64,000 nt of DNA from an uncultured Bacilli bacterium (GTDB lineage Bacteria; Bacillota_I; Bacilli_A; RFN20; CAG-826), in the NCBI GenBank assembly GCA_944358865.1, contig CALVRV010000004.1, positions 3,759 to 67,758 on the forward strand. The letters run 5' to 3'. This document shows positions 15,269 through 25,202 of the stretch, in pieces. The stretch's first letter is position 1. Every line of letters starts with the position of its first letter. The notes below the pieces were generated by a model. The model was not told the DNA's origin. It worked only from the letters and a program-made list of their open reading frames with translations, and did no database searches. The position numbers and the translations under genes are program-made.

Positions 15269-15342
15269 GTGGACCTGAAGGGGATCGAACCCTCTACCTC
15301 CTCCATGCCATGGAGGCGCTCTCCCAGATGAGCTACAGGCCC
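15267..15342 (-). tRNA. tRNA-Ala (anticodon GGC), CCA encoded
   Basis: The reverse complement folds as a 76-nt cloverleaf: GGGCCTG TA GCTC ATCTGGGA GAGC G CCTCC ATGGCAT GGAGG AGGTA GAGGG TTCGATC CCCTT CAGGTCC ACCA. It has the G3:U70 alanine identity pair and the TTCGATC T-loop. Confidence 0.9.
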
Positions 15343-15412
15343 ATATTTTAAAAGGCATCTTTTTTGACGCCTCTTAATTTTATGTGTTTTTAGGTTATTT
15401 GTAAATAAATTT

Positions 15413-15853
15413 TTATAAAATTGTTACAGTTCCGTCTTCTTTTACTTCAATATCATCATCACTTTTAATTGTATCTAAAAATTCTTTTCCTAATTTATCA
15501 ATGACAATAATATTTGAATTTTCCCATACTTTAGCAAGAACAACACCCGCTGCGGCTAAAGAATCAATTGGTTCACTAAATAATAGACAAGCCGGATTGA
15601 TGCCCATTGAACAGACAACTTGCAAGACCATTCCTCCAGTGGTAGAGCCAATAGTCATAGGTAAGGCTAAAGCAATACCGGTAATGTTTTTTCCGTAAAT
15701 ATCACTATTATTTTGATCAGAAGCAATGACTTGTTTTTTGTTCATCAACGCTGATTTTTGAAATGTAGCTAAAGTATTAACACCCTGTTTTGAAACGATA
15801 ACTTTTCCTTTATAATTTCCACTTGCTAAAACACGTCCTTTAAATTGTTTCAT
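15413..15853 (-). CDS. Aconitase X small subunit (swivel domain, DUF126)
   Basis: The GSTTGGMVL region is typical of DUF126. I placed the start at ATG 15853 (MKQFKGRVL), with AGGAGG 9 nt upstream and 1 nt after the stop of the large subunit. Confidence 0.7.
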   Translation of the reverse strand: MKQFKGRVLASGNYKGKVIVSKQGVNTLATFQKSALMNKKQVIASDQNNSDIYGKNITGIALALPMTIGSTTGGMVLQVVCSMGINPACLLFSEPIDSLAAAGVVLAKVWENSNIIVIDKLGKEFLDTIKSDDDIEVKEDGTVTIL

Positions 15854-15854
15854 C

Positions 15855-17150
15855 TTATTTGACCTCCTTACCACATATTGCTAAGAGTAATTCTTCATCT
15901 TTATAATATCTTGCTATTGAATATGTTCTTAATTTATTAGAACTTGTCATAATACGATGTGATTTAGTCAAAGGATTATTAGTGTACATCAAAGGACAAA
16001 TACAAGTAAGTGTCGCTCCTGTTTTTAATAATCTTTGATAATTTGGTGTTTTCATAAATTCTTCTTTTACTTCAGGTGCGGTGCAAAGAATTGTTCTTGC
16101 TTTAACTTTTTTTAAATTGTTTTCTTTTAAAGCATTAACTATTCTATCCGTCCATAAATTAAGTTGATTTAAAGATAAATGTGGGCATCCAATAAACGCT
16201 AAATTGCCTTTTTTATCTTTATTTTTCCACATAATAGGATAAGATTTATAAATTCTTTCTAATTCTTCATCATCAATAACATATTCTTTATAATCTTTTA
16301 CTAATAATTTAGTTTTTAATTTCTTTGCTTCTGGTGTTAAATTTTCAATATGGTAGAGCCCTACTGCACCATTTGAAGCAGTTGCTGCTCCAAAATCTTT
16401 TAAATAATCACAGACATCGTCGGTAAGTTCACTGCCTAAAAATTTATCTAATCCTACAATATAAGGAACTTCTTCCATAACTTTCATTCCAATTGCAGAA
16501 CCTAGTATTTGTGGAATAGGTTTTTTACTAGTTTTAACAATAACTTTATAAGTAGCTTTTCTTCCTTCATCGGTTAAAAGACCAAATTCTGGTACATAAC
16601 CTAATATTGAACCGAAAATATCAATCATTCCAGAATTACGATTACATCTAGCCCCTAATACCGAATTAGCGTAATTTACCGCACTTGATTCAGCCCAAGA
16701 TAAAATATCTCCTTCTTTTGGGATGTTGCCTACTTCTTTAAAATAGCAAGCACAAGTAAATTTATCTTTTGAAGTAAGACCAATTTTAGTTAATTGTTTT
16801 TCGTAATCTTCTTGTTTTCCATATAAAATAAGGTTAAACACTAATTTTTCTAATGGACTACATTTAACATTTTTATAATCTAGAGGTCTAGGATCCATGC
16901 TAAATCCACCTTCTGCTTTTAAATCTGCAGCAATAATTTCATCCATTATACGATAGACAGGTTTTAATAATGGAATGCCAAAAGATGTTACTAAATGTCC
17001 TTGATTGTGCGTTACTTTAACTAATCTTTTTGCGTCAAAAATATCGCCATAACGAACAAGAGTTTCCATAATTTTAGCTTTAGTAGGACCTTGTTTTCCA
17101 TTTAAAATATCTTTTTGTTCATCAGTTAAAACCATTTTTGGTTCATACAT
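15855..17150 (-). CDS. Aconitase X large (catalytic) subunit, DUF521
   Basis: 431 aa. SWAESSAVNYANSVLGARCNRNS and the GCPHLS motif are characteristic of DUF521/AcnX. AGGAGG lies 9 nt before the ATG. Confidence 0.75.
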   Translation of the reverse strand: MYEPKMVLTDEQKDILNGKQGPTKAKIMETLVRYGDIFDAKRLVKVTHNQGHLVTSFGIPLLKPVYRIMDEIIAADLKAEGGFSMDPRPLDYKNVKCSPLEKLVFNLILYGKQEDYEKQLTKIGLTSKDKFTCACYFKEVGNIPKEGDILSWAESSAVNYANSVLGARCNRNSGMIDIFGSILGYVPEFGLLTDEGRKATYKVIVKTSKKPIPQILGSAIGMKVMEEVPYIVGLDKFLGSELTDDVCDYLKDFGAATASNGAVGLYHIENLTPEAKKLKTKLLVKDYKEYVIDDEELERIYKSYPIMWKNKDKKGNLAFIGCPHLSLNQLNLWTDRIVNALKENNLKKVKARTILCTAPEVKEEFMKTPNYQRLLKTGATLTCICPLMYTNNPLTKSHRIMTSSNKLRTYSIARYYKDEELLLAICGKEVK

Positions 17151-17274
17151 ATATTATTTCCTCCTAATGACTATATAAATAATATACCATATTTTTGATT
17201 TTATTTTAGTGTTTATTTATTGAAATAATAAAATTATTATGAAAAAATAATTACGGAAAAAGGAGAATTTAATT

Positions 17275-18474
17275 ATGGCGAAAATTATGGCAATTAATGC
17301 CGGTAGTTCATCTTTAAAATTTAAATTATATGAAATGCCTCAAGAACAAGTATTAACAAGTGGCATTGTTGAAAAAATAGGACATGATGATGCAATTTTT
17401 ACATTAAAACATCAAGGCGAAAAAATAAATAAAATATTATCAATTAAAGATCACGCTGAAGCAGTAAAATTAATGCTTGATGAATTAATTAATAATCATA
17501 TTATTTCATCTTATGATGAAATTAAAGCGACAGGACATCGTATTGTTCAAGGTGGAAAATATTTTAAACATAGTGAAATTTTTAACGAGGATGTAGAAGC
17601 AAAAATTGAATCTTTAATTCCTCTTGCACCTTTACATAATGCAGCGCATCTAATTGGATATCGCGCTTTTAAAAAGATTCTTCCAAATATTGGTGCAGTC
17701 GCTGTATTTGACACTGCATTTCATATGACAATGCAAGAAGAAGACTATATCTTCCCTATTCCATATGAATATAGTGAAAAATATGATATTAGAAGATATG
17801 GTGCTCATGGAACAAGTCATCATTATTTAGCTTTAGAAAGTAAAAAATATTTAAGTGATGTTAAACATCCAAAAATAATCACTTGTCATATTGGTAGCGG
17901 CGCTTCAATAAGTGCGATTAAAGATTATCAATGTGTTGCAACTAGTATGGGTTTAACACCATTAGGTGGTATTATGATGGGAACAAGAACTGGTGATTTA
18001 GATCCATCAGTGATGAAATATTGCTGTTATTGTGAAAATAAAAGCGCAGAAGAAATGTTTCAAATATTTAATAAAAAGTCTGGTCTTTTAGGTGTCAGCG
18101 GTGTCTCTAATGATTCTAGAGACGTCTTAAGTGCTTTAGAAAATGGCAATAAAAGAGCTATTTTAGCTTATAAATTGTTTATCCGTCGTATTTGTGATTT
18201 TATTGGACAATATTATGTAAGATTAGGCGGATGTGATTTAATTGTCTTTAGTGCTGGGATTGGTGAAAATTCACCTGAAACTCGTACGATGATTATTGAA
18301 CAAATAAAAGACGCTCTACATGTTGAAATAGATGAGAAATTAAATTCTTCATTAAGAGGTAAAGAAGGTTTAATATCTACTTCTAATAGTCAAATTAAAG
18401 TAGCCGTTATTCCTACTGATGAAGAAGTTATGATTGCTCGTGACACTTATAATTTATTATTAAAAGGTAACTAA
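17275..18474 (+). CDS. ackA: Acetate kinase
   Basis: IMAINAGSSSLKFKL N-terminal signature and RYGAHGTSHHY. 399 aa. AAAGGAG SD. Confidence 0.9.
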   Translation: MAKIMAINAGSSSLKFKLYEMPQEQVLTSGIVEKIGHDDAIFTLKHQGEKINKILSIKDHAEAVKLMLDELINNHIISSYDEIKATGHRIVQGGKYFKHSEIFNEDVEAKIESLIPLAPLHNAAHLIGYRAFKKILPNIGAVAVFDTAFHMTMQEEDYIFPIPYEYSEKYDIRRYGAHGTSHHYLALESKKYLSDVKHPKIITCHIGSGASISAIKDYQCVATSMGLTPLGGIMMGTRTGDLDPSVMKYCCYCENKSAEEMFQIFNKKSGLLGVSGVSNDSRDVLSALENGNKRAILAYKLFIRRICDFIGQYYVRLGGCDLIVFSAGIGENSPETRTMIIEQIKDALHVEIDEKLNSSLRGKEGLISTSNSQIKVAVIPTDEEVMIARDTYNLLLKGN

Positions 18475-18478
18475 TTCT

Positions 18479-19477
18479 ATGAAAAAAATATCAGAAGAGA
18501 TCAAAAAAATAAATCAAAAATATCATCATGAATATGTAAGAATTTTAAACGCAATTAAAAGATATAATAAAATCGCTGTTTTTCGTCATATCATGCCAGA
18601 TTTTGATGCTTTAGGAACACAATTAGGTCTTGCGACATGGTTAAAAGATAATTTTAAGGACAAAGATATTAAAGTTTTAGGTGATAATCATGTTACTTTT
18701 ACACCACGTATTTATCCTGAAATGGATCGTTTAAACGATAGTTGGTTTAATGAACCATTTTTAGCAATTATTGTTGATGTTGGTAATGATTCAAGAATTG
18801 CTGACCCACGATATAAAAAAGCAAAATTTATTATTAAATTAGATCATCATCCAAAAACTGAAGATATCGCTGATGTTGATGTAACTGAGACCACTATGGC
18901 GGCAGCAAGTGAATTAGTCGTCAATATGCTTTTATCTTTTAAAGGTGATTATTTTATAAGTGAAAAATCAGCTTCTTATTTTTATAGCGCTTTAGTTGGT
19001 GATTCTGGTCGATTTATGTATTCTAGCACTAGCAAACATACTTTTGAAATTGCCCAAGCTTTATTAAATTGTAATATTAATATTTCAAAAATTTATCAAA
19101 CAATGTATGAGAAAAAAATTGATGATTTATATGTTACTAGTTACGTATTAAATAATTTTAAAGTCTCAAAACATGGCGTGGCTTATTATTTATTACCTTT
19201 AGATATTCAAAATAAATTAAAAATTACAACCGAACAAGGCAAAGAAAACGTTAATCTTTTTTCAAATATCAAAGGAATTAATGCTTGGTGTTCAATTACT
19301 GAAGATAGTAAAGAACCATGCTGGAGAATTTCTATACGAAGCAAAGAAAAACCAATTAATCAAGTTGCCGCGATGTTTGAAGGTGGCGGACACGCTCAAG
19401 CTAGTGGCGCTAAAATTAACTCCTTATCTGATTTAGATCGTTTTATTAACGAATTAGATAAATTATTTATTGAATAA
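18479..19477 (+). CDS. DHH-family phosphoesterase (NrnA-like oligoribonuclease/pAp phosphatase)
   Basis: DHH motif (KLDHHP), DFDALGT, and the DHHA1 motif GGGHAQASGA. Confidence 0.8.
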   Translation: MKKISEEIKKINQKYHHEYVRILNAIKRYNKIAVFRHIMPDFDALGTQLGLATWLKDNFKDKDIKVLGDNHVTFTPRIYPEMDRLNDSWFNEPFLAIIVDVGNDSRIADPRYKKAKFIIKLDHHPKTEDIADVDVTETTMAAASELVVNMLLSFKGDYFISEKSASYFYSALVGDSGRFMYSSTSKHTFEIAQALLNCNINISKIYQTMYEKKIDDLYVTSYVLNNFKVSKHGVAYYLLPLDIQNKLKITTEQGKENVNLFSNIKGINAWCSITEDSKEPCWRISIRSKEKPINQVAAMFEGGGHAQASGAKINSLSDLDRFINELDKLFIE

Positions 19478-19506
19478 AAGATGGTATAAAAAAAGACCAT
19501 CTTTTT
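19477..19506 (+). terminator. Candidate rho-independent terminator after the DHH gene
   Basis: AAAGATGGT-(10-nt loop)-ACCATCTTT followed by TT. The stem is modest and the loop is large. Confidence 0.45.
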
Positions 19507-19548
19507 ATATTTATATAAAATATTTATTTGTTGTGATATATTAATAAT

Positions 19549-22500
19549 ATGTTTGCGCCCCTTCAAATTATTTCAGGCTACTCTTTTTTAAAAAGTGGAT
19601 TAACTTTAGAAAATATTGTCAAAGCAGTCAAAAAATTTGACTATTTTGGTGCTGGAATTTGTGATATCAATGTGATGCATGGATTAGCAAAATTTGCTAG
19701 ATACATGTCAAATGAAAATATTAATAAGCCTTATTTATGTGGCATTACTTTAAAAATAAAAGGATTTAATTTTTGTCTTTATTGTCTTAGTGAAAGCGGT
19801 TATCAAACATTATGTCAAATAACATCTTTTATTGATGAAGAAGATAAAATATGTCAATTTTTAAGCACAAACCAAAATGGATTATTAGGTATATTATCGA
19901 CAAGTGATGATTCTATTAAAGAGAAATTTTTAAATGTAGATAATGATTTAATTTACAATATCAAATTTTTATCTAATTTAGTTCAAATATTTTATATAGG
20001 TGTTGATGCCTCATATCAAAAAGATATGCAAATTAATGAAAAAATACGTCAATTCGCGGATAAATATACGTATTTATGCGTTGCTTTTCCAAAAATATTA
20101 TATTTTAAAAAAGATGATGCGATTGTTTTAAAAATAGTTCATGCGATTGATCAAGATGAAATTATTAGTGAAAAAAACTTACAAGGAAACAATGCTTTTT
20201 TAAGTAATGAAGAATACGAAAAACAATATTTAAAGCAAGAAATAGACGCGATTAATAATATTTTTAGACAAAATAAATTTGTCATGAATATAAAAAGAGG
20301 CGAAATGCTTTCATTTAATGCGCAAAACACGATTGAAAAATTAAAAAATGATACTTTTGCACGTTTAAAAGAATTAAATTTAGATAGTGATGAAAAATAT
20401 GTTAATCGTTTAAATTACGAATTAGATGTCATTATTAAAATGGGATTTAGCGATTATTTTTTAATCGTCAGTGATTATGTTAGATTTGCTGAAAGTGTTG
20501 GTATTTTAGTTGGACCGGGTCGTGGTTCTGCTGCTGGATCTTTAGTATCGTATCTATTAAAAATTACTAAAATTGATCCTTTAAAATATGATTTACTTTT
20601 TGAAAGATTTTTAAATCCATCTCGTAAAAAAATGCCTGATATCGATATTGATTTTATGGACACTAGACGAGATGAAGTTATTAATTATTTAAAAGAAAAA
20701 TACGGGAAAAATAAAGTTTCAAATATTATTACATTTTCGACAATATTAGCAAAACAATCATTACGTGATATTGGAAGAATATATAATTTTAAAATTCATG
20801 ATATCGATTTATTATCTTCTCGATTATTAAATCCTAAATTATCTTTACGAAATTCTTATAAGACTAGTAAAGTATTTAAAGAAATCGTTGATAGCGATCC
20901 TTATTATTTAAATATCGTCTCTCTTGCTAGTAAAATTGAAAACCTACCCCGTCAATCTGGTATGCATGCCGCGGGTATTATTTTAAACAACACTCCGATT
21001 GAATATTCTTTACCAATAATTAAAGATTTTCAAAATTCTTATATCACTCAATATGAAATGGACGATTTACAAGAGCAAGGATTTTTAAAAATGGACCTTT
21101 TAGGTCTTAAAAATTTAACAATTATAAGTGAATGTGTTGATTTAATTAACGATGTATATAAAGATGCAAAACTTGATAAATTTAATATTCCTTTTGATGA
21201 TGAAAAAGTTTTTCAATTGATTCAAGAAAATAAAACGATGGGAATATTTCAATTAGAAAGTTCTGGCATGAAAAACGCAATTAAAATATTAAAGCCAAGT
21301 TGTTTTAATGATGTGGTTGCCCTACTTGCTTTATTTCGACCTGGTCCAATGGATTCAATTCCAACATATGCAAGACGAAAACAAGGATTAGAAAAAATTA
21401 ATTATATAAGTGATGATTTAAAAGATATTTTAAAAGAAACATATGGAATTATTGTCTATCAAGAACAAATTATTTTAATCGCACAAAAAATGGCTAATTT
21501 TTCTCTAGCTAAAGCTGATATTTTTAGAAACGCTATATCTAAGAAAAATTATAACGATATCAAGCAAATGCAAAATGATTTTATAAATGGTGCCTTAAAT
21601 AATGGTTATTCAAATAAAGTTGCAAATGATGTTTTTGACCATATTTTAAAATTTGCAAGTTATGGCTTTAATAAATCTCACTCTGTAGCCTATTCAATGA
21701 TCGCGTGTCAAATGGCTTATTTAAAAGCATATTATCCCTTATGTTTTTATCAAACTATCTTAAAATTTTCAAATACGACAAATGATCCTAAATTTTTAGA
21801 TTATGTCGATGAAATGTCTTCTATTGGAATACATTTAGCTAAACCAGATATCAACTTAAGTACAGATAATTTTTTGATTAATCAAAACAACTTATTATTC
21901 CCTCTTTCATTAATTAAAGGAATAAATAAAGAGACTATAAAAGGAATATTAGATAATCGTTTAAAAAATGGATTATATAAAGACTTTTTAGATTTTATGA
22001 TAAGAACATTCCAATATAAAATTAGTGAAACACAATATCTAAAATTAATTGATTCTGGCGCATTAGATTGTTTAAATCCTTCACGTGCGACATTAAAACA
22101 AGCTGTATCTTCTTATATGCAATACGCTTTAGTTATAAATAACGATAAAGGTCAAATGTCTTTAGATATTGATATGCTTCCACCACCTATTTTAGGAAAA
22201 GTTAATGATGACCCGATTGAAAATTTAGAAAATGAATATGATGTTTTAGGTATAATGTTATCAAATAATCCATTAAAATTTAAAAAAGATCTTTTATTAA
22301 AAGAAAATGTTATTTCAATAAGTGAAGCAATAAAAAAAGATAGAGCAAAAGTATGCGGAATTATTAAATCTATAAAAATAATTCAAACAAAAAAACAACA
22401 ACCAATGGCGTTTATTAAAATTTTTGATGAAACAAAAGAAATGGAACTAACAGCTTTTAGTGATACTTATCAAGATAACATCTCCTTAATTAAGAAAAAT

Positions 22501-22587
22501 AATATTGTTGTTTTTGAAATTTATAAAAATACATATCATAATAATACGACATATATTATTAAAACAATGAAACTATTAGAGGAATAA
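19549..22587 (+). CDS. dnaE: DNA polymerase III alpha subunit (DnaE type)
   Basis: 1012 aa with GPGRGSAAGSLVSYLL, MPDIDIDF and FNKSHSVAYS motifs. Confidence 0.9.
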   Translation: MFAPLQIISGYSFLKSGLTLENIVKAVKKFDYFGAGICDINVMHGLAKFARYMSNENINKPYLCGITLKIKGFNFCLYCLSESGYQTLCQITSFIDEEDKICQFLSTNQNGLLGILSTSDDSIKEKFLNVDNDLIYNIKFLSNLVQIFYIGVDASYQKDMQINEKIRQFADKYTYLCVAFPKILYFKKDDAIVLKIVHAIDQDEIISEKNLQGNNAFLSNEEYEKQYLKQEIDAINNIFRQNKFVMNIKRGEMLSFNAQNTIEKLKNDTFARLKELNLDSDEKYVNRLNYELDVIIKMGFSDYFLIVSDYVRFAESVGILVGPGRGSAAGSLVSYLLKITKIDPLKYDLLFERFLNPSRKKMPDIDIDFMDTRRDEVINYLKEKYGKNKVSNIITFSTILAKQSLRDIGRIYNFKIHDIDLLSSRLLNPKLSLRNSYKTSKVFKEIVDSDPYYLNIVSLASKIENLPRQSGMHAAGIILNNTPIEYSLPIIKDFQNSYITQYEMDDLQEQGFLKMDLLGLKNLTIISECVDLINDVYKDAKLDKFNIPFDDEKVFQLIQENKTMGIFQLESSGMKNAIKILKPSCFNDVVALLALFRPGPMDSIPTYARRKQGLEKINYISDDLKDILKETYGIIVYQEQIILIAQKMANFSLAKADIFRNAISKKNYNDIKQMQNDFINGALNNGYSNKVANDVFDHILKFASYGFNKSHSVAYSMIACQMAYLKAYYPLCFYQTILKFSNTTNDPKFLDYVDEMSSIGIHLAKPDINLSTDNFLINQNNLLFPLSLIKGINKETIKGILDNRLKNGLYKDFLDFMIRTFQYKISETQYLKLIDSGALDCLNPSRATLKQAVSSYMQYALVINNDKGQMSLDIDMLPPPILGKVNDDPIENLENEYDVLGIMLSNNPLKFKKDLLLKENVISISEAIKKDRAKVCGIIKSIKIIQTKKQQPMAFIKIFDETKEMELTAFSDTYQDNISLIKKNNIVVFEIYKNTYHNNTTYIIKTMKLLEE

Positions 22588-22589
22588 TT

Positions 22590-25190
22590 ATGGCAAATAA
22601 AATTACAATTATCGATGGAAATTCTTTACTATTTAGAGCGTATTATGCGACGGCATATTCACAAACTTCAATTATGCAAACAAAAGATGGAATCCCCACT
22701 AATGCGATTTTTGCTTTTGCAAATATGATGAGTAAAATTATTAATCAAACTAAAGAAAACGAAGCTATTTTTGTCGCTTTTGATATGGATAGTCAAACTT
22801 TTCGAAAAGAAAAGCTTGAATCATATAAAGCAAATCGAAAACCTTTGCCAGAAGAATTAATTAAACAATTCCCTATTGCCAGAGATTTTTTAAAATCTTT
22901 GGGTATTTTTTATTTTGAAAAACATGGCTATGAAGCTGATGATTTAGCAGGAACAATTGCAAAAAAAGCTGAAAAAGAAGGCTATATTGTCAATATTTAT
23001 ACCTCTGATAAAGATTATCTCCAATTAGCGAGTAATAATATATCAATTTATATACTTAAAAAAGGATTATCCGATATTGATATAATGACACCAATTACTA
23101 TTAAAGAAAAATTTGGTTTTGAACCTTTACAAATCATTGATTATAAAGGATTAAGAGGTGACCCAAGTGATAATTTAACTGGAATAAAAGGTATTGGAGA
23201 GATTACCGCTGTTAAATTAATTAATGAATATCATGACTTTGATAATATTATTAAAAACGCTGATAATATTAAAGGCAAAGTTGGTCAATTATTAAAAGAA
23301 CATGAAAATGAAGGTCGTTTATCAAGAGATTTAGCTATTATTGATTGTAATGTCAATGTCGATTTTGATATCAAAGATTGCATATATAAAGGATATGATT
23401 TTGATACAATTAATAAATTTTGTCTTCGTTATGAATTAAGACAATTTTTAAATAAATTACCAAAGCAATGGAAAAAAGTTTCTTTTGATGAAAATAATAT
23501 TAATTCTTCAACAATAAAAACATTAAAAGATTTTCCTATTAATGATGAAATTGGTCTTGCAATTGATTATAGTTATGAAAATTATTTATTAGATCCAATA
23601 TATGGATTTGCTATTTTTAATGATGATCAATCTTATTGTTATATTGATTATGAAAATGCTTTAAAAGATGAATATTTTAAAAACATTATCACAAATAAAA
23701 ATATAAAAAAATCTATTTTTAATTATAAATCAGCGTTGGTAATTTTTAAAAAAATGGGAATATCTTTACAAGGTGTTGATTATGATTCTTTAATAGCTTC
23801 ATATATTATCGACACTTCTTTATCTAGCAATGACCCATATATTGTTTTGGCTAATTTTGGTTTTGATATTTCTAGTTTACAAGAAGGCTCTTTATTAACT
23901 ACAAATGATATTAACAAAACAATAAAGATTGCTCGCGCTAACCTTTTGTGCAAGCAAAAAGGATTAAACGAATTAAAACAAGTTGATGGATTAGATTTAT
24001 TTTATAATATTGAGATGCCACTTAGTGAAGTTTTAGCGGATATGGAAAGCGAAGGTTTTCCTTTAAATAAAGAAAAATTACTTGAGATTGGCGCGATTTT
24101 TAAAGAAAAACAACGTGATTTAGAAGAAGAAATATATTCGCTTAGTGAGTGTAAATTTAATATTGCAAGTCCTAAACAAATCGGTGATATCTTATTTGAT
24201 AAACTCCATTTACCGGATTTAAAAAATCGTTCAACTTCAATTGAAGCATTAGAAGGATTAGTTAATCTTCATCCTATTGTAGGTAAAATTATTGAATATC
24301 GTAAATATTTTAAATTAAATTCTACCTATATTGATGGATTATTATCTCATCTTCATAAAGATGGGAAAATACACGCGATGTTTAATCAAGCATTAACTTC
24401 AACTGGACGTTTATCATCTTCTAATCCTAATTTACAAAATATCAGTGTTAGAGATGAAGAAGCAAAAACAATACGTAAAGCATTTTATTATGATGAAGAT
24501 GATGTCATCATTTTAAGTTTTGATTATTCACAAATCGAATTAAGAATTTTAGCCTCTTTATCAAATTGCCAATTAATGATTGATACATTTAATAATGGCG
24601 ATGATATCCACTCATCCACTGCTAAAGTTATTTTTAATACAGATAACCCTACTCATTTAGAAAGACAAAAAGCAAAAGCAGTTAATTTTGGAATTGTCTA
24701 TGGAATTAGTGATTGGGGTTTAGCAAGTCAAATTAACGCCCCATTAAAAGATGCTAAAAAAATAATAGATGATTTTTATAAAAACTATCCTCAAATTGGT
24801 CAATTCTTACAAAATGTCGTCATAAACGCTAAAAAAGATGGCTATGTTAAAACAATATGTAATCGTCGTCGTTATTTAAGAGAATTAAACGCGACTAATT
24901 ATCAACAAAGAGAATTTGCTAAACGTGCAGCAATGAATGCACCAATCCAAGGAAGCGCTGCTGATATTATTAAAATTGCAATGATCAAAATAGCAAATTT
25001 ATTAAAAGATGGTAATTATAAAAGCAAATTGGTCTTACAAATACACGATGAATTGATATTTAAAATATATAAAGATGAATTAGATGTTTTATATCCACTT
25101 ATTAAAGAAAATATGGAAAATGCCTATCCTTTAAAAGTTAAACTTATTGTTTCTGGTGGATATGGAAAAACCTGGTACGATGCTAAATAA
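22590..25190 (+). CDS. polA: DNA polymerase I
   Basis: 866 aa. It has a 5'-nuclease N-terminus and family A motifs DYSQIELRILA, AKAVNFGIVYG and QIHDELIF. Confidence 0.9.
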   Translation: MANKITIIDGNSLLFRAYYATAYSQTSIMQTKDGIPTNAIFAFANMMSKIINQTKENEAIFVAFDMDSQTFRKEKLESYKANRKPLPEELIKQFPIARDFLKSLGIFYFEKHGYEADDLAGTIAKKAEKEGYIVNIYTSDKDYLQLASNNISIYILKKGLSDIDIMTPITIKEKFGFEPLQIIDYKGLRGDPSDNLTGIKGIGEITAVKLINEYHDFDNIIKNADNIKGKVGQLLKEHENEGRLSRDLAIIDCNVNVDFDIKDCIYKGYDFDTINKFCLRYELRQFLNKLPKQWKKVSFDENNINSSTIKTLKDFPINDEIGLAIDYSYENYLLDPIYGFAIFNDDQSYCYIDYENALKDEYFKNIITNKNIKKSIFNYKSALVIFKKMGISLQGVDYDSLIASYIIDTSLSSNDPYIVLANFGFDISSLQEGSLLTTNDINKTIKIARANLLCKQKGLNELKQVDGLDLFYNIEMPLSEVLADMESEGFPLNKEKLLEIGAIFKEKQRDLEEEIYSLSECKFNIASPKQIGDILFDKLHLPDLKNRSTSIEALEGLVNLHPIVGKIIEYRKYFKLNSTYIDGLLSHLHKDGKIHAMFNQALTSTGRLSSSNPNLQNISVRDEEAKTIRKAFYYDEDDVIILSFDYSQIELRILASLSNCQLMIDTFNNGDDIHSSTAKVIFNTDNPTHLERQKAKAVNFGIVYGISDWGLASQINAPLKDAKKIIDDFYKNYPQIGQFLQNVVINAKKDGYVKTICNRRRYLRELNATNYQQREFAKRAAMNAPIQGSAADIIKIAMIKIANLLKDGNYKSKLVLQIHDELIFKIYKDELDVLYPLIKENMENAYPLKVKLIVSGGYGKTWYDAK

Positions 25191-25202
25191 GAGGTGAAAA
25201 AT

